From a virus, in IMG/VR virus record IMGVR_UViG_3300021511_000005, positions 1 through 64,000 of that record: a DNA stretch of 64,000 nt; one strand, written 5' to 3'. The translations under genes were made by a program, and so were the position numbers. Below, piece after piece: positions 45,022 to 54,522 of the stretch; the stretch's first letter is position 1, and the number at the start of each line of letters is the position of its first letter. The notes under the pieces are model-generated. The model saw only the letters and a list, made by a program, of their open reading frames with translations, searched no databases and had not been told where the DNA came from.

Positions 45022-46079
45022 TTATCCTGTCAGACTTGCACTTGAAGGAGGCCAACGAACACCTGGTCTGGGAGGTCCTGGACCGGGTGGAAGAGCTGGC
45101 CGTGGAGGATCCGGACTGCCGGGTGGTCTTCACCGGTGACTGGTGGCAGCTCCGCTATCAGGTCTCTGTCCGCTTGTTGAACTTGGTCCACGAGCGGCTG
45201 ACTCGTTGGGTCGCGCGGGACATCAACGTGGACTTGGTTCCGGGCAACCACGACCAGGTGACGGTCCAGGGCGTTAACGCGTTGGAGATCCTGGCGCGGG
45301 ACGGCGTGGACGTGTGGACGGAGCCGGGGATCAGCGAGGTCCGCGAGGGTTGGCCGGGCCGGTGGTGCGGCTACGTCCCCTACCGCAAGGATCCGGAGGG
45401 GCAGCTGGCCGCGTTGGAGGCGGTCTTGGGGGCGCTCCGGGTCGAGGAGGCGGCGCATCCGGTGGTCTTCGGACACTTCGGGGTCCACGGGGCCTTGATG
45501 AACAACGGACAGAAGGACCGCGGAGGGCTCGAGGCCGGCGATCAAGACAGCTACCTCTTGGTCCTGGGGCATTACCACAAGCACCACGCGCCGGCGCCGG
45601 GGGTGGTCTACGTCGGCAGTCCCTTCCAGCATACCTTTGGGGAGGTCGGTAACCGGACCGGCGTGGGCCGTGTTCTGTGGGTCGATGGGGGCGTGGTCTT
45701 CGATCAAATCGAGCTGGACGTGGGACCGAAGCATTACGTGGTGTCCTGGGACGTCGCGAAGGAGGAGAGGCCGCCGGCGCCGGAGTCTCTGGTCAACGGG
45801 CAGCCGCGGCCGCAGGACAAGGTCCGCGTGGACATCGTGGCCCCGCCGAGCCTGATCAACAAGGACCTGACCAAGCGGCTGATGACGGCCGGCTACGAGG
45901 ACGCCCAGGTCAACGTCCAGCCGGCGCCGGAGAAGCGGGAGCATCGTTTCCCCCTGGTTCCGGGCGAGTCGCTGGTGGAGCTGGCGGAGCGGTTCGTGGC
46001 CCACCGGTTCGAGAAGCAGATCGATCCGGACGAGGATCCGCTGTGCCGCAAGCTTCATGAGTGGGCGGGTGAGCTATGA
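45018..46079 (+). CDS. sbcD: SbcD/Mre11/gp47-like metallophosphoesterase nuclease
   Basis: SDLH, GDW, GNHD, FGH, LGHYH, YVGSP motifs; upstream of an SMC-type ATPase. Confidence 0.92.
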   Translation: MIILSDLHLKEANEHLVWEVLDRVEELAVEDPDCRVVFTGDWWQLRYQVSVRLLNLVHERLTRWVARDINVDLVPGNHDQVTVQGVNALEILARDGVDVWTEPGISEVREGWPGRWCGYVPYRKDPEGQLAALEAVLGALRVEEAAHPVVFGHFGVHGALMNNGQKDRGGLEAGDQDSYLLVLGHYHKHHAPAPGVVYVGSPFQHTFGEVGNRTGVGRVLWVDGGVVFDQIELDVGPKHYVVSWDVAKEERPPAPESLVNGQPRPQDKVRVDIVAPPSLINKDLTKRLMTAGYEDAQVNVQPAPEKREHRFPLVPGESLVELAERFVAHRFEKQIDPDEDPLCRKLHEWAGEL

Positions 46080-48112
46080 GACTGATCGAGCTGGAGCTGG
46101 AGAATTTCCAGACCTATACCGGCGTTCACACGCTGGTCCTGGACAACCGCGGCCTGGTACAGGTCTCCGGCAACAACCTGGACGATCCGGGCAACAACGA
46201 CAACGGCGCCGGCAAGACGACGATCCTGGAGGCGCTGACTTGGTGTCTGTTCGGGGAGGGGCTACCTCGCAGCCAGGGCAACAAGGAGAAGGGCGTCCAG
46301 GCCGATGAGGTGATCCCCGACAACACGAAGGGCCAGACGCGGGTCACGGCCTATCTGATGGACGAGCAATTCGCGCCCACCCATATCGGCGTGGTCCGCT
46401 GGCGCAAGTACAAAGAGGGATCCAAGAAGCGGTCGAGCGGAGTCACTATCCGGGAGGATGGTCAGGACTTCACCTACCTGGACATGTCGGAGGGGAACAA
46501 GCATATCAAGAAGACCCTGGGCATCGACCGGGACATCTGGGTCCGGTCCGTCATCTTTGGTCAGGAATCCGCCTTCAACTTCTGCGAGGCGACGGCCAAG
46601 CAGCGGGCGGACATCTTGACCACGGTGATGGGGCTTGAGGAGCTGGACCGCTGGCTGGGGCGCTGCAGGGACGAGCGGACCAACCTCCGGCCGATCCTGG
46701 CCCGCGCCGAGGGGGCCCACGAGCAGCAGGCCCACCAGCTCGAGCAGGTCCGCGCCGAGAATCCAGCGGAGCGCGTCGAGGCGTGGGAGCAACAACGGCG
46801 GCAGCGGCTTGAGCAAGCCCGAGCCTACCGGGATGAGATCGAAGCCCATGGCAAAGACCAGAAGGCCAAGCTGGACGCGCTGCCGGCGCCGGAGCCTATC
46901 GAGGAACCGGCTCATGGCGTGGACCCCGCGCTGGAGGAGAGACATCACCAGCTCCGGACGCAGCACATCGCAGCGTGCGGTGAGGTGACACAGCGAGAAC
47001 GGACGCTGGCTGAGCTGGTAGGGAGTTTGGACAGCTTGCGGGACTTCAACCAGAAGGCGACGTGCCCAGTCTGTCTCCAGGATATCCAAGAGGAGCACAA
47101 GCGATCCTGTGAGCAAGAAGCAGCGCAGCGGTGCCACAACGCGCAGATTGAATTGGAGGCGGCCAAGGCTGCCGTACCGGTGACGGAGCAGGCCTTCGCG
47201 GCCGCGGACGCGGAGCTGAAGGAGGTCCGCCAGCAGCTGGCCCGGGCGTGCGAGTACTACGACGTCCACAAGGCTCGCAATGCGCGGCTGAGCATGGATC
47301 GGCTCACCCTGGAGCAGGCCGTCAAGCTGGATCGCAGCAACTGGCAAACGGCCAACACACGGGTCCTGGAGATCGAGACCGAAGTGAATCCCCATCTGGA
47401 CCTGGAGCAACTGTGGCGGGCGAAGGTGAGCAGGCTCGAGCAAGAGCGGGCCGCTAGCCAGGCCGCGGTGGATGATCTTCAGGAGCAGATGGGCGTCTTG
47501 GATTGGTGGGCCGCCGAGTTTCCGCGGTTCAAGACCTGGTTGTTCGATAGTGTAGTGGACAGCCTGGCCGCGGAGGCCAATCGCTGGATCAAGGTGATGA
47601 CCGGCGGCGTACTGTGGATCCAGGTCTCGACACAGCGGGAGCTGGCCAAGGGAGCGTTGAAGGACGAGCTAGACGTCCAGCTCTATCGCTGGAACCCGGA
47701 CGGGTCTATCACGAGCCGGCCCTATCGTGTATGGTCCGGGGGCGAGAAGCGCCGGGTGGCGTTGGCGGTGGACCTGGGGTTGTCCAGACTGATGGCCCAG
47801 CGAGCCTCCAAGCCCTATCGCTTCTTGGCGCTTGATGAAGTAGACCGCCATCTGGACACCCAGGGGCGGGAAGGCCTGCGGCAAGTCCTGGAGGAGTTAC
47901 GACGCGAGCGAGAGACCACCTTGGTCATCACGCACGATCCCGAGTTCCGCGCGTCATTCGATCGGGAGATCCGGGTCACCAAGCACGGGGGCTCGAGCAC
48001 AATGGAGACCATCAATCATGGGCAAGAAACGAGAGATCAAGCAGACGCGGACCCGGAAGGTCGCCAAGAGGACGAAGCCGCGCACCAAGAAGCAAGTTCT
48101 CCGCCGGCCTGA
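46076..48112 (+). CDS. sbcC: SbcC/Rad50/gp46-like ATPase
   Basis: ENFQTY, NGAGKTT Walker A, coiled coil with CPVC zinc hook, SGGE signature, LDE Walker B, ITH. Confidence 0.93.
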   Translation: MRLIELELENFQTYTGVHTLVLDNRGLVQVSGNNLDDPGNNDNGAGKTTILEALTWCLFGEGLPRSQGNKEKGVQADEVIPDNTKGQTRVTAYLMDEQFAPTHIGVVRWRKYKEGSKKRSSGVTIREDGQDFTYLDMSEGNKHIKKTLGIDRDIWVRSVIFGQESAFNFCEATAKQRADILTTVMGLEELDRWLGRCRDERTNLRPILARAEGAHEQQAHQLEQVRAENPAERVEAWEQQRRQRLEQARAYRDEIEAHGKDQKAKLDALPAPEPIEEPAHGVDPALEERHHQLRTQHIAACGEVTQRERTLAELVGSLDSLRDFNQKATCPVCLQDIQEEHKRSCEQEAAQRCHNAQIELEAAKAAVPVTEQAFAAADAELKEVRQQLARACEYYDVHKARNARLSMDRLTLEQAVKLDRSNWQTANTRVLEIETEVNPHLDLEQLWRAKVSRLEQERAASQAAVDDLQEQMGVLDWWAAEFPRFKTWLFDSVVDSLAAEANRWIKVMTGGVLWIQVSTQRELAKGALKDELDVQLYRWNPDGSITSRPYRVWSGGEKRRVALAVDLGLSRLMAQRASKPYRFLALDEVDRHLDTQGREGLRQVLEELRRERETTLVITHDPEFRASFDREIRVTKHGGSSTMETINHGQETRDQADADPEGRQEDEAAHQEASSPPA

Positions 48113-48632
48113 GTGGTACCGGCTCGAGGCGCTGTTTCGGGATGCGCCGGCCAACACGGTCAGCCAGGTGGACGGCGGCGATGTCGTCATGTGCGGATTC
48201 TTGCCTCCGGAGAACGAGGTGGCTCTGTGCCTGGCTCCGCCGTCGATCACCCATGAGCAGGGGCTGGCGCTTCAGAAGCTCCTGGAGGCCAACTTCCGCG
48301 CACCCGTGATGATCCTGACCAACAACATTCAGCTGGTTCGCCTGAAGCCCATCACGGAGGCGCTCGCGAACAAGGTGATCGCGGAGACCACTGGCGAGGT
48401 CGTTCAATTCGGACACGATGGAGAAGACGATGGGAGCGAAGTCGGGACCCAAAGGGAAAACGTTCGAGAGGAAAGTTGCCCAGCTGATGAGGGAGATCTA
48501 CGATCCGCCGGAGCTGCTGGCGGAGCTGGCGGACTTGTCGAAACTGGCGGCGAGGGCCGCGAAGGGGAAGAAGGGTCCGCTCCTGCAGACTCATCGGGAG
48601 CTTCAGAAGTCAAGCGCGGTCCGACGTTCTGA
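48018..48632 (+). CDS. Hypothetical protein
   Basis: GGAG RBS; overlaps both neighbours; basic N-terminus and acidic tail. Confidence 0.55.
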   Translation: MGKKREIKQTRTRKVAKRTKPRTKKQVLRRPEWYRLEALFRDAPANTVSQVDGGDVVMCGFLPPENEVALCLAPPSITHEQGLALQKLLEANFRAPVMILTNNIQLVRLKPITEALANKVIAETTGEVVQFGHDGEDDGSEVGTQRENVREESCPADEGDLRSAGAAGGAGGLVETGGEGREGEEGSAPADSSGASEVKRGPTF

Positions 48633-49074
48633 CCAGGGCAAGGGTGCCATAGAGCCCGATGTGGTGATCCGGGAGGGGCTCTGCCCTTGTTGGTTGGAAT
48701 GTCAGGACGCTGCGGGGATCAATTACAGGCCCAAGGCCAAGTACACGCAGGCATGCAGGGATGTGGTGGAGAGTCGGTCTCCGTTGTGGCCGGTGGCCAT
48801 CTGCCACAAGACCGGGGACCAGAAGATCGGCGTGTGGATCGGACTACCCCACCTGGTCCTGCTGGCCAACATGCAGCCGGGCGTTGGGCGGACCTGCGAG
48901 GCCGGACCGCTGAATCGCTGGTCCCAGGGCTTCGAGTTGCGGCAGCCCGTCCGCCTGGACCTGGAGGACTTCCTGTTGCTGCTGCGGGATGACAACTCAC
49001 GCCGCAATGTGCAGAGCAACAATGGGGCCAAGATGCTGGAGCGGCAGAATAACGCGCTGAAGAGGAACCAATGA
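48430..49074 (+). CDS. PD-(D/E)xK nuclease, Holliday junction resolvase-like
   Basis: KGKTFERKVAQLMRE ... EPDVV ... WLECQ ... QA ... PVAICH pattern with a helical insertion. Confidence 0.65.
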   Translation: MGAKSGPKGKTFERKVAQLMREIYDPPELLAELADLSKLAARAAKGKKGPLLQTHRELQKSSAVRRSDQGKGAIEPDVVIREGLCPCWLECQDAAGINYRPKAKYTQACRDVVESRSPLWPVAICHKTGDQKIGVWIGLPHLVLLANMQPGVGRTCEAGPLNRWSQGFELRQPVRLDLEDFLLLLRDDNSRRNVQSNNGAKMLERQNNALKRNQ

Positions 49075-49262
49075 ACGAATTAGGCGATAAGCTTTTCGAA
49101 TTAAGGAAGGCGCTCAAGGAGCAGGCCGAATTGATGAGGCGCTGGGCCGGGGAGTGCAGGATCTTTGGGTGGTCCACCCAGTTGGTGGAGCCGATGCGCC
49201 GCCAGGCGGATCTCCTTGATGAGCTGCTGATTCGCCACAGGCAAGGGGAGTCCGATGGCTGA
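49071..49262 (+). CDS. Hypothetical protein
   Basis: GAGGA RBS, ATGA overlap. Confidence 0.6.
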   Translation: MNELGDKLFELRKALKEQAELMRRWAGECRIFGWSTQLVEPMRRQADLLDELLIRHRQGESDG

Positions 49263-49857
49263 GGACCTGGACAAGGTGAAGGCCCAGCTGAAGGCCGCCA
49301 AGATCAACGAGGTCCTGAATCGGCTGAAGGTCTCCGGGGCGGAGGACTTCTTCAAGGACCACCCCCAGCTCAAGCAGGGCTACGCGATCTACATGCAGCG
49401 GCGGGCGATGCGAGCCAAGGTCGGTGCCGATATGGCCCCGGGTGGTTGTTTCATCCTGGGGGATGCCGCGGTGATCGCCGGCTGCGTGGCGGAGGCCCAT
49501 ACCATGCTGGCGCGGTTGTTGCGGCTTCCCGCGGAGAACATCAAGCTGTCCATCGAGCGTCCGGGGCTCAACACGGGGATCCGACTCAACGCGGACGTGC
49601 AGATCCCGGAGGGCTACATGACACCGGTCCACACACTGGACTCCCCGGAGGCCCAGCTCGACGAGATCGGCAAGTTGACCAAGGACTACCTCGAGGTCTG
49701 CCTGTCCAAGATCAACCCTATCTTCAAGAAGGATCTGACCGAGCGGTTGGCCCACGTTCGTGTGACTCGGCCGGACTTGAACCAGCCGGTGGTCCCCTTC
49801 CGGAAGGAAGTCAGTGGCGAAGAAGAAGAAGAAGAAGGTCGTCCTGGTCCGGAGTGA
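49255..49857 (+). CDS. Hypothetical protein
   Basis: GGGGAG RBS; strong GC3 bias. Confidence 0.7.
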   Translation: MAEDLDKVKAQLKAAKINEVLNRLKVSGAEDFFKDHPQLKQGYAIYMQRRAMRAKVGADMAPGGCFILGDAAVIAGCVAEAHTMLARLLRLPAENIKLSIERPGLNTGIRLNADVQIPEGYMTPVHTLDSPEAQLDEIGKLTKDYLEVCLSKINPIFKKDLTERLAHVRVTRPDLNQPVVPFRKEVSGEEEEEEGRPGPE

Positions 49858-50470
49858 GGCCCAGGAGGCGCGTTCCGCCAAGAAGTGGCAGCGGGAAGAG
49901 GCGCTCCGTAGCGCGGAGGTCGCCTATATCACGGACGAGCAGCAACGGTCCCTGGAATGGTGGTGGCATCAGCTCTGCGACAAGGTGATCGACCTGCGGA
50001 CCTATACGGTCCGGGCGTCGAAGGGCAAGTGGGCCGATCGTCGGGAGAAGTACTGGCGCGGTGTCCAGCAGGCCATCCTTCGCCAGTCCAAGAACCACGC
50101 GATCCGGGATCGTGTCCGAGGGCTTCAGGAGATCCAGAAGGTGAGGGACAACACGCTGGAGTTGATTCAGCCCAAGATCGTGGACGGTCAGAAGTTCTAC
50201 AAGGTCCAGCCCAGCACCTACGAGGGGATGGCCCGGGCCTTCGTGAAGCTCGACGAGCACCTGTCCGCTGAGCGCGACGGGATCCTGTCCATGATTGAGC
50301 CCGACCTGGCCCGCGACGAGCTGGGCGAGGAGCGGACACTATTCCCCCATGACGAGATGACAGCTCTGGCCGAGACCCTGCTGGAGATGCGACGACAGAA
50401 GCAACAGAAGCGGCTCGAAGCCAAGGTGGCCAAGGAGAGTGAAAATGGATCCGAAGACGATCACGATTGA
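49814..50470 (+). CDS. Helical protein, possible terminase small subunit
   Basis: HTH-like region then RASKGKWADRREKY and coiled coils, a pattern common in TerS; no TerL in the window. Confidence 0.4.
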   Translation: MAKKKKKKVVLVRSEAQEARSAKKWQREEALRSAEVAYITDEQQRSLEWWWHQLCDKVIDLRTYTVRASKGKWADRREKYWRGVQQAILRQSKNHAIRDRVRGLQEIQKVRDNTLELIQPKIVDGQKFYKVQPSTYEGMARAFVKLDEHLSAERDGILSMIEPDLARDELGEERTLFPHDEMTALAETLLEMRRQKQQKRLEAKVAKESENGSEDDHD

Positions 50471-51827
50471 GACTGCGGAGGTCCGCGAGGGCCGCCGAGT
50501 CCGCTCTGATCTGGGTGATGTGGATGGCCTCGCGGCCTCCATCCGTGACCTGGGGCAGCTCCACCCCATTGTGGTGACCAACGGGGGGCACGGTCGCTAC
50601 GACCTTGTGGTGGGCGCCAGGCGGCTCCGTGCGTGCAAGAAGCTGAAGGTTCCGGTCCGAGCCGAAGTGGTGACGGTGGAGGAGGCGCTCAAGCGGCTGG
50701 ACATGGAGATGCACGAGAACCTACGCCGTAAGGATCTGGATTTGGCGGAGGAGTCGGAGGCCCACGCACGGCGGAAGGCTCTGTGGGAGAAGGCCCATCC
50801 CGAGACCAAGCGCGGTGCTCCGCTCAAGAAGGGCGACAAGAAGCCGGAGCCTCCCGTGTCGCAGAAACCGCGAGACGGGGAGCCGCCGGAGCCGGTCAAG
50901 CGCTACACGCTGATGGCCGCGGAGGCCCTGGGCTGCAGCGAGCGGCGGGTCCAGGAGCTGCTGGAGATCCAGAAGCTCCCCAAGGACGCGCTGGAGAAGG
51001 TTCTCAAGGGGTGCAAGACAACGACAGAGCGTAATCGGGCCTGTCAGGACTTGCTTCGCCAGGTCCGCCAGAAGCGGAAGGAAGACAAGCTCCAGAAGAA
51101 GGCGGAGGCCAAGAAACAGCAGACGATCGAGGATGTGACCAGGCCCAAGGTTATCTTGCACCACGGTAACTGTATGGAGCTGATGGGGCACGCGGAAGAG
51201 ACCGTGGACCTGTGTATGACAGATCCGCTCTATGACCGGAAGCGAAGTCTGATCACCCACGCGGCCCGGGCGGCCATCGGGGAGGATGTGGACTGGGACC
51301 ACGAGCTGGACCTGGGTTGGATCTTCAAGATGGCGCCCATGTTGAAGAAGGGCGGCCAGGTCTTGGCCTTCTGCCCGCTGGAGGCCGTGGGCTCCTATGA
51401 GGTGGTGATGAAGGCCGCGGAGCTGGAGTACCGGATGACCCTGATCTGGTGCAAGACCAACCCCGGTCCGGCCCACCGGCCCACCTATGTCCATGCTACC
51501 GAGGCCATCGTCTGGGGAGTCAAGCCAGGCAAGGCTCCCTACTTCGAGCCCTGGGGCGACCAGAGCGGCGGTGAGGCGCTCAATTGGATTGAGGGTCCTA
51601 TCTGCCAGGGTAACGAGCGGCTCAATCATCCGACGCAGAAGCCTGAGTGGCTGATCACGAAGCTGATTAACCGCCATAGTCAGGAGGGGGACAACGTCCT
51701 GGATCCCTTCGCGGGCGTGGGGACCACCGGAGCGGTCTGTATGGATCTGAAGCGGGCCTGCACCATGATGGAGCTGGAGCCCAAGTACGTGAAGTTGGCC
51801 CGGATGCGGCTGGAGGCGAGGCGATGA
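50445..51827 (+). CDS. ParB/Srx N-terminal domain + HTH fused to a beta-class amino-DNA methyltransferase
   Basis: LAASIRDLGQLHPIVV...GARRLRA...ENLRRKDL; TDPLY motif IV, HPTQKP, LDPFAGVGTT motif I. Confidence 0.9.
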   Translation: MDPKTITIETAEVREGRRVRSDLGDVDGLAASIRDLGQLHPIVVTNGGHGRYDLVVGARRLRACKKLKVPVRAEVVTVEEALKRLDMEMHENLRRKDLDLAEESEAHARRKALWEKAHPETKRGAPLKKGDKKPEPPVSQKPRDGEPPEPVKRYTLMAAEALGCSERRVQELLEIQKLPKDALEKVLKGCKTTTERNRACQDLLRQVRQKRKEDKLQKKAEAKKQQTIEDVTRPKVILHHGNCMELMGHAEETVDLCMTDPLYDRKRSLITHAARAAIGEDVDWDHELDLGWIFKMAPMLKKGGQVLAFCPLEAVGSYEVVMKAAELEYRMTLIWCKTNPGPAHRPTYVHATEAIVWGVKPGKAPYFEPWGDQSGGEALNWIEGPICQGNERLNHPTQKPEWLITKLINRHSQEGDNVLDPFAGVGTTGAVCMDLKRACTMMELEPKYVKLARMRLEARR

Positions 51828-52015
51828 TCTGGCTCTGGTTTGCGGGGGCTGTGGTGATCTCCTTTAGCGTTGGTTACGCGGTGGGGCACGTCCACGAAGG
51901 TGATTATTGGGAGCGGAGGGCTCGCATTCAGACACCTGTCTGTCACCGAGGGGAGTTCTACTATGTGGTGCCCGAGGCCGCGTATGTGGAGATCAAACGG
52001 GAGGCCAGACGGTGA
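51824..52015 (+). CDS. Small membrane-anchored protein
   Basis: GGAGG RBS, ATGA overlap, N-terminal TM. Confidence 0.6.
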   Translation: MIWLWFAGAVVISFSVGYAVGHVHEGDYWERRARIQTPVCHRGEFYYVVPEAAYVEIKREARR

Positions 52016-52203
52016 GCCGAGTTAAGATCACGGTGACCACGGTGGGGGCGGGCCACGACCAGCTCCCCACCGAGACGATGCGGAAGGCCATCCAGCAGGA
52101 CGTCCAGGCCCAGATCAACGCGGGTCGGACGCTGCGCGCCGGCGTGAGTCGCGGTGGCGCGGTCTACCTGGTCTACGCGGAGAAGGTGAAGGGGGAGCGG
52201 TGA
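52012..52203 (+). CDS. Hypothetical protein
   Basis: GGAGG RBS; GTGA overlaps at both ends. Confidence 0.55.
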   Translation: MSRVKITVTTVGAGHDQLPTETMRKAIQQDVQAQINAGRTLRAGVSRGGAVYLVYAEKVKGER

Positions 52204-52394
52204 TCACTGTCGTCCTGGTCAAAGAGGAGGAGGTCTGGGCCTATGACATCGGCCGCAGGCCTGGGGGTGAGTACGTGGTGGAGACGATCCCCTGTGGGGC
52301 TCAGGCTCACTTGGTCAGTGCGGCGATCAAGAAGCTCGACGGGCATCTGATGACGACGCAGAAGCGGGGCTGTAAGCGGAGGCGGAGACGATGA
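52200..52394 (+). CDS. Hypothetical protein
   Basis: GGGGGAG RBS; coupled at both ends. Confidence 0.55.
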   Translation: MITVVLVKEEEVWAYDIGRRPGGEYVVETIPCGAQAHLVSAAIKKLDGHLMTTQKRGCKRRRRR

Positions 52395-52555
52395 AGTGTG
52401 GGCAGTGCGGCGCGCCGACGTTCTCTTTGGTGGGGGACCGCTGTAAGTTCTGTCGGCGCGAGGGCCTGGTGGCCCGGCTATGGTGGTGGCTCCATCCCGA
52501 CTTGATGCGGCGCGTCCGCTGGCGTCAGAATTTCCGCGCGGGGGGCTGGTGGTGA
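52391..52555 (+). CDS. 54-aa Zn-ribbon / Trp-rich peptide
   Basis: MKCGQCGAP...RCKFC; ATGA overlap; below the ORF-track cutoff. Confidence 0.55.
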   Translation: MKCGQCGAPTFSLVGDRCKFCRREGLVARLWWWLHPDLMRRVRWRQNFRAGGWW

Positions 52556-52556
52556 C

Positions 52557-52847
52557 GTGCCCAAGACAGGCTCCAGGCGATTCATTCGGGTCTGCCACGA
52601 GGACCACTGGTACGAGATCACGGTTCCGCAGTGGCGGGCCTTCGATTTGCTGTCTCCCCAGTGGATGTGGATCAAGTGGAAGGTTATTCACTTCAACACG
52701 CGGCTGGGGCTCGAACGTCAGGGCTGGGCGGAGTTCCGCAATGTCAGTGGAACGTTGCAAGTCCGGCTCACACCGCTGGGGCTTATCATCCGCGACAAGG
52801 TGGAGCTGCGGTTGGCCCAGCGCCGCGATCGGGAGCTGAGACGATGA
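52557..52847 (+). CDS. Hypothetical protein
   Basis: Fills the gap; ATGA overlap at the 3' end. Confidence 0.5.
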   Translation: MPKTGSRRFIRVCHEDHWYEITVPQWRAFDLLSPQWMWIKWKVIHFNTRLGLERQGWAEFRNVSGTLQVRLTPLGLIIRDKVELRLAQRRDRELRR

Positions 52848-53353
52848 TTGTCCGATTGCCTGATGTGCCCCCGATGACCGAAGACGGCGATCCTCCCGAT
52901 CCATTGGCGGTGTTGCTGGGGTCAGCGGGACCTTGGCAGCCCCGGATCGCCAAGGACTTGGGGGCCAAGGCCGGTTCAGCGGGGGCGGTGGTGATGACGG
53001 ATTGCCCTATTCGGGGAGTTCTGCAGACGGAGGGGTATCGTCCGGAGCCCATCTTGGACGCGATTCAGCTGTTGGTGGAAGCCGCGGATGTGGTGATGGT
53101 CTGGATCGATGGGGGTCCTGTGTGGTTGTGGCTTGAGCTGGGGGTCTGGATCGCGGATCGTCGTTTCGTTTGGGGTATCGACGAGTCAGTCCGAAGCCAT
53201 TTTCATCACGTTGGGCATCTCTATCACTTGTTGGTCCGCGAGGGCCGGGCGGTCCGCGCAACTCGTGAAGATACCCTAATAGAGGCCGGGATCCGGCTAC
53301 AGGAGAGACGAGCATGGAGACGCGACACATCCGGTTCTACATCAGCGAGTTGA
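52844..53353 (+). CDS. Nucleoside 2-deoxyribosyltransferase-like protein (divergent)
   Basis: VLLGSAGPWQ ... EAADVVMVW ... WLELG ... FVWGID spacing fits the NDT-like fold. Confidence 0.5.
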   Translation: MIVRLPDVPPMTEDGDPPDPLAVLLGSAGPWQPRIAKDLGAKAGSAGAVVMTDCPIRGVLQTEGYRPEPILDAIQLLVEAADVVMVWIDGGPVWLWLELGVWIADRRFVWGIDESVRSHFHHVGHLYHLLVREGRAVRATREDTLIEAGIRLQERRAWRRDTSGSTSAS

Positions 53354-53829
53354 TCGCGGCGCTCGAGGCCTATGGCAAGCTGCGGCGGCCGTCCATCTCG
53401 GAGGCGTTGACCTACTACTACAACTGGGCCTACGCCCGAGGGTGGCGGATCATCAGCGTCCTGGGGCATGGTGGCCGTCAGAGGATCTGGACGGGGGCAG
53501 GTGACCGGTCTACCCAGCTCGAGATCCAGGAGCTGGACTACGCCTATGAGGTGGTGATGGCCGGCGAGGACACAGACGGGACCTGCGACTTCATCGAGGC
53601 CTTTCCGGTGGTGGTGGCTGTCCGCGATATCGTCGAGGAGCTGGAGGCCCGGGGCTGGGTCATAGACGCCGATCGCGATGGCTACCAGAAGGAAGACGGC
53701 TATCTCTACATCGCGGGCGGACAGATCGCCAAGCTACCCCTGGAGCGGGTCTTCGACTGGGACAGTCCGGAGGGGGTGGCGGAGGCCTGCGATCTGCTGG
53801 AGTCCAACGCCGTTCGGATGGGCATCTGA
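53314..53829 (+). CDS. Hypothetical protein
   Basis: AGGAG RBS; GC3 bias. Confidence 0.65.
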   Translation: METRHIRFYISELIAALEAYGKLRRPSISEALTYYYNWAYARGWRIISVLGHGGRQRIWTGAGDRSTQLEIQELDYAYEVVMAGEDTDGTCDFIEAFPVVVAVRDIVEELEARGWVIDADRDGYQKEDGYLYIAGGQIAKLPLERVFDWDSPEGVAEACDLLESNAVRMGI

Positions 53830-54035
53830 TGGGCTTCAAGCGCCACAGGGAAGCAGGGGAGCCGACCCACGTCCAGGTGATGGAGAGCCACGATTGGGTT
53901 CTCCAGGGGGGCTTCTGGGTCAAGGACATCAACGGGGATCTGCGGAAGCTGTCCGCCGGCCTGGTTCTGCGGCTGTGGGAGGAACAGGGGCCGCGGAATT
54001 TGGAGAGGACGGTCCGTGCCAAGGAGGCCGAGTAG
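53829..54035 (+). CDS. Hypothetical protein
   Basis: TGATG overlap. Confidence 0.55.
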   Translation: MGFKRHREAGEPTHVQVMESHDWVLQGGFWVKDINGDLRKLSAGLVLRLWEEQGPRNLERTVRAKEAE

Positions 54036-54230
54036 ATGCCGCGTCCACAACCTCATGATTTCCGCCTGGAGCGGCTCTGCGCGTCTGGGTGGTTACTGTT
54101 GGACTTCGGGACCCAGCGGGAGATGAACGCCGGCTATCGGGCTCTGACGGGCTCGCTCGAGCTGATTCATGTCCGGTTCCGCGTGTTGCGGCCGGACGGC
54201 AAGACCGAGGTGGATACAGGAGATCGATAA
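54036..54230 (+). CDS. Hypothetical protein
   Basis: AGGAGG RBS; abuts both neighbours. Confidence 0.55.
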   Translation: MPRPQPHDFRLERLCASGWLLLDFGTQREMNAGYRALTGSLELIHVRFRVLRPDGKTEVDTGDR

Positions 54231-54514
54231 TGCCCTTCAAGCAGGACCTACAACAGCTGATGCAGCAGTTCGGCGGGCCGATGAACGCCATGGCGACGGT
54301 CCAGGGGATTGCCGGCGTGGCGATGGCGGTGGTCTACCAGGACCCCGAGGCGAGCGCGGAGGAGCGCAAGGACGAGGTGGCGCTGATCATCGTGCCCAAG
54401 CAGGCCCATATGGAGGACGACGTTATCCAGGTGGCCATCAACGCACTACAGGCGCATCTGCAGACCAAGCAGGCCCAGGACGCCGGCGGCGCTGCTGGCG
54501 GACCCAACAACTAG
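54230..54514 (+). CDS. Hypothetical protein
   Basis: AGGAG RBS, TAATG overlap. Confidence 0.6.
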   Translation: MPFKQDLQQLMQQFGGPMNAMATVQGIAGVAMAVVYQDPEASAEERKDEVALIIVPKQAHMEDDVIQVAINALQAHLQTKQAQDAGGAAGGPNN

Positions 54515-54522
54515 GAGGAGAC

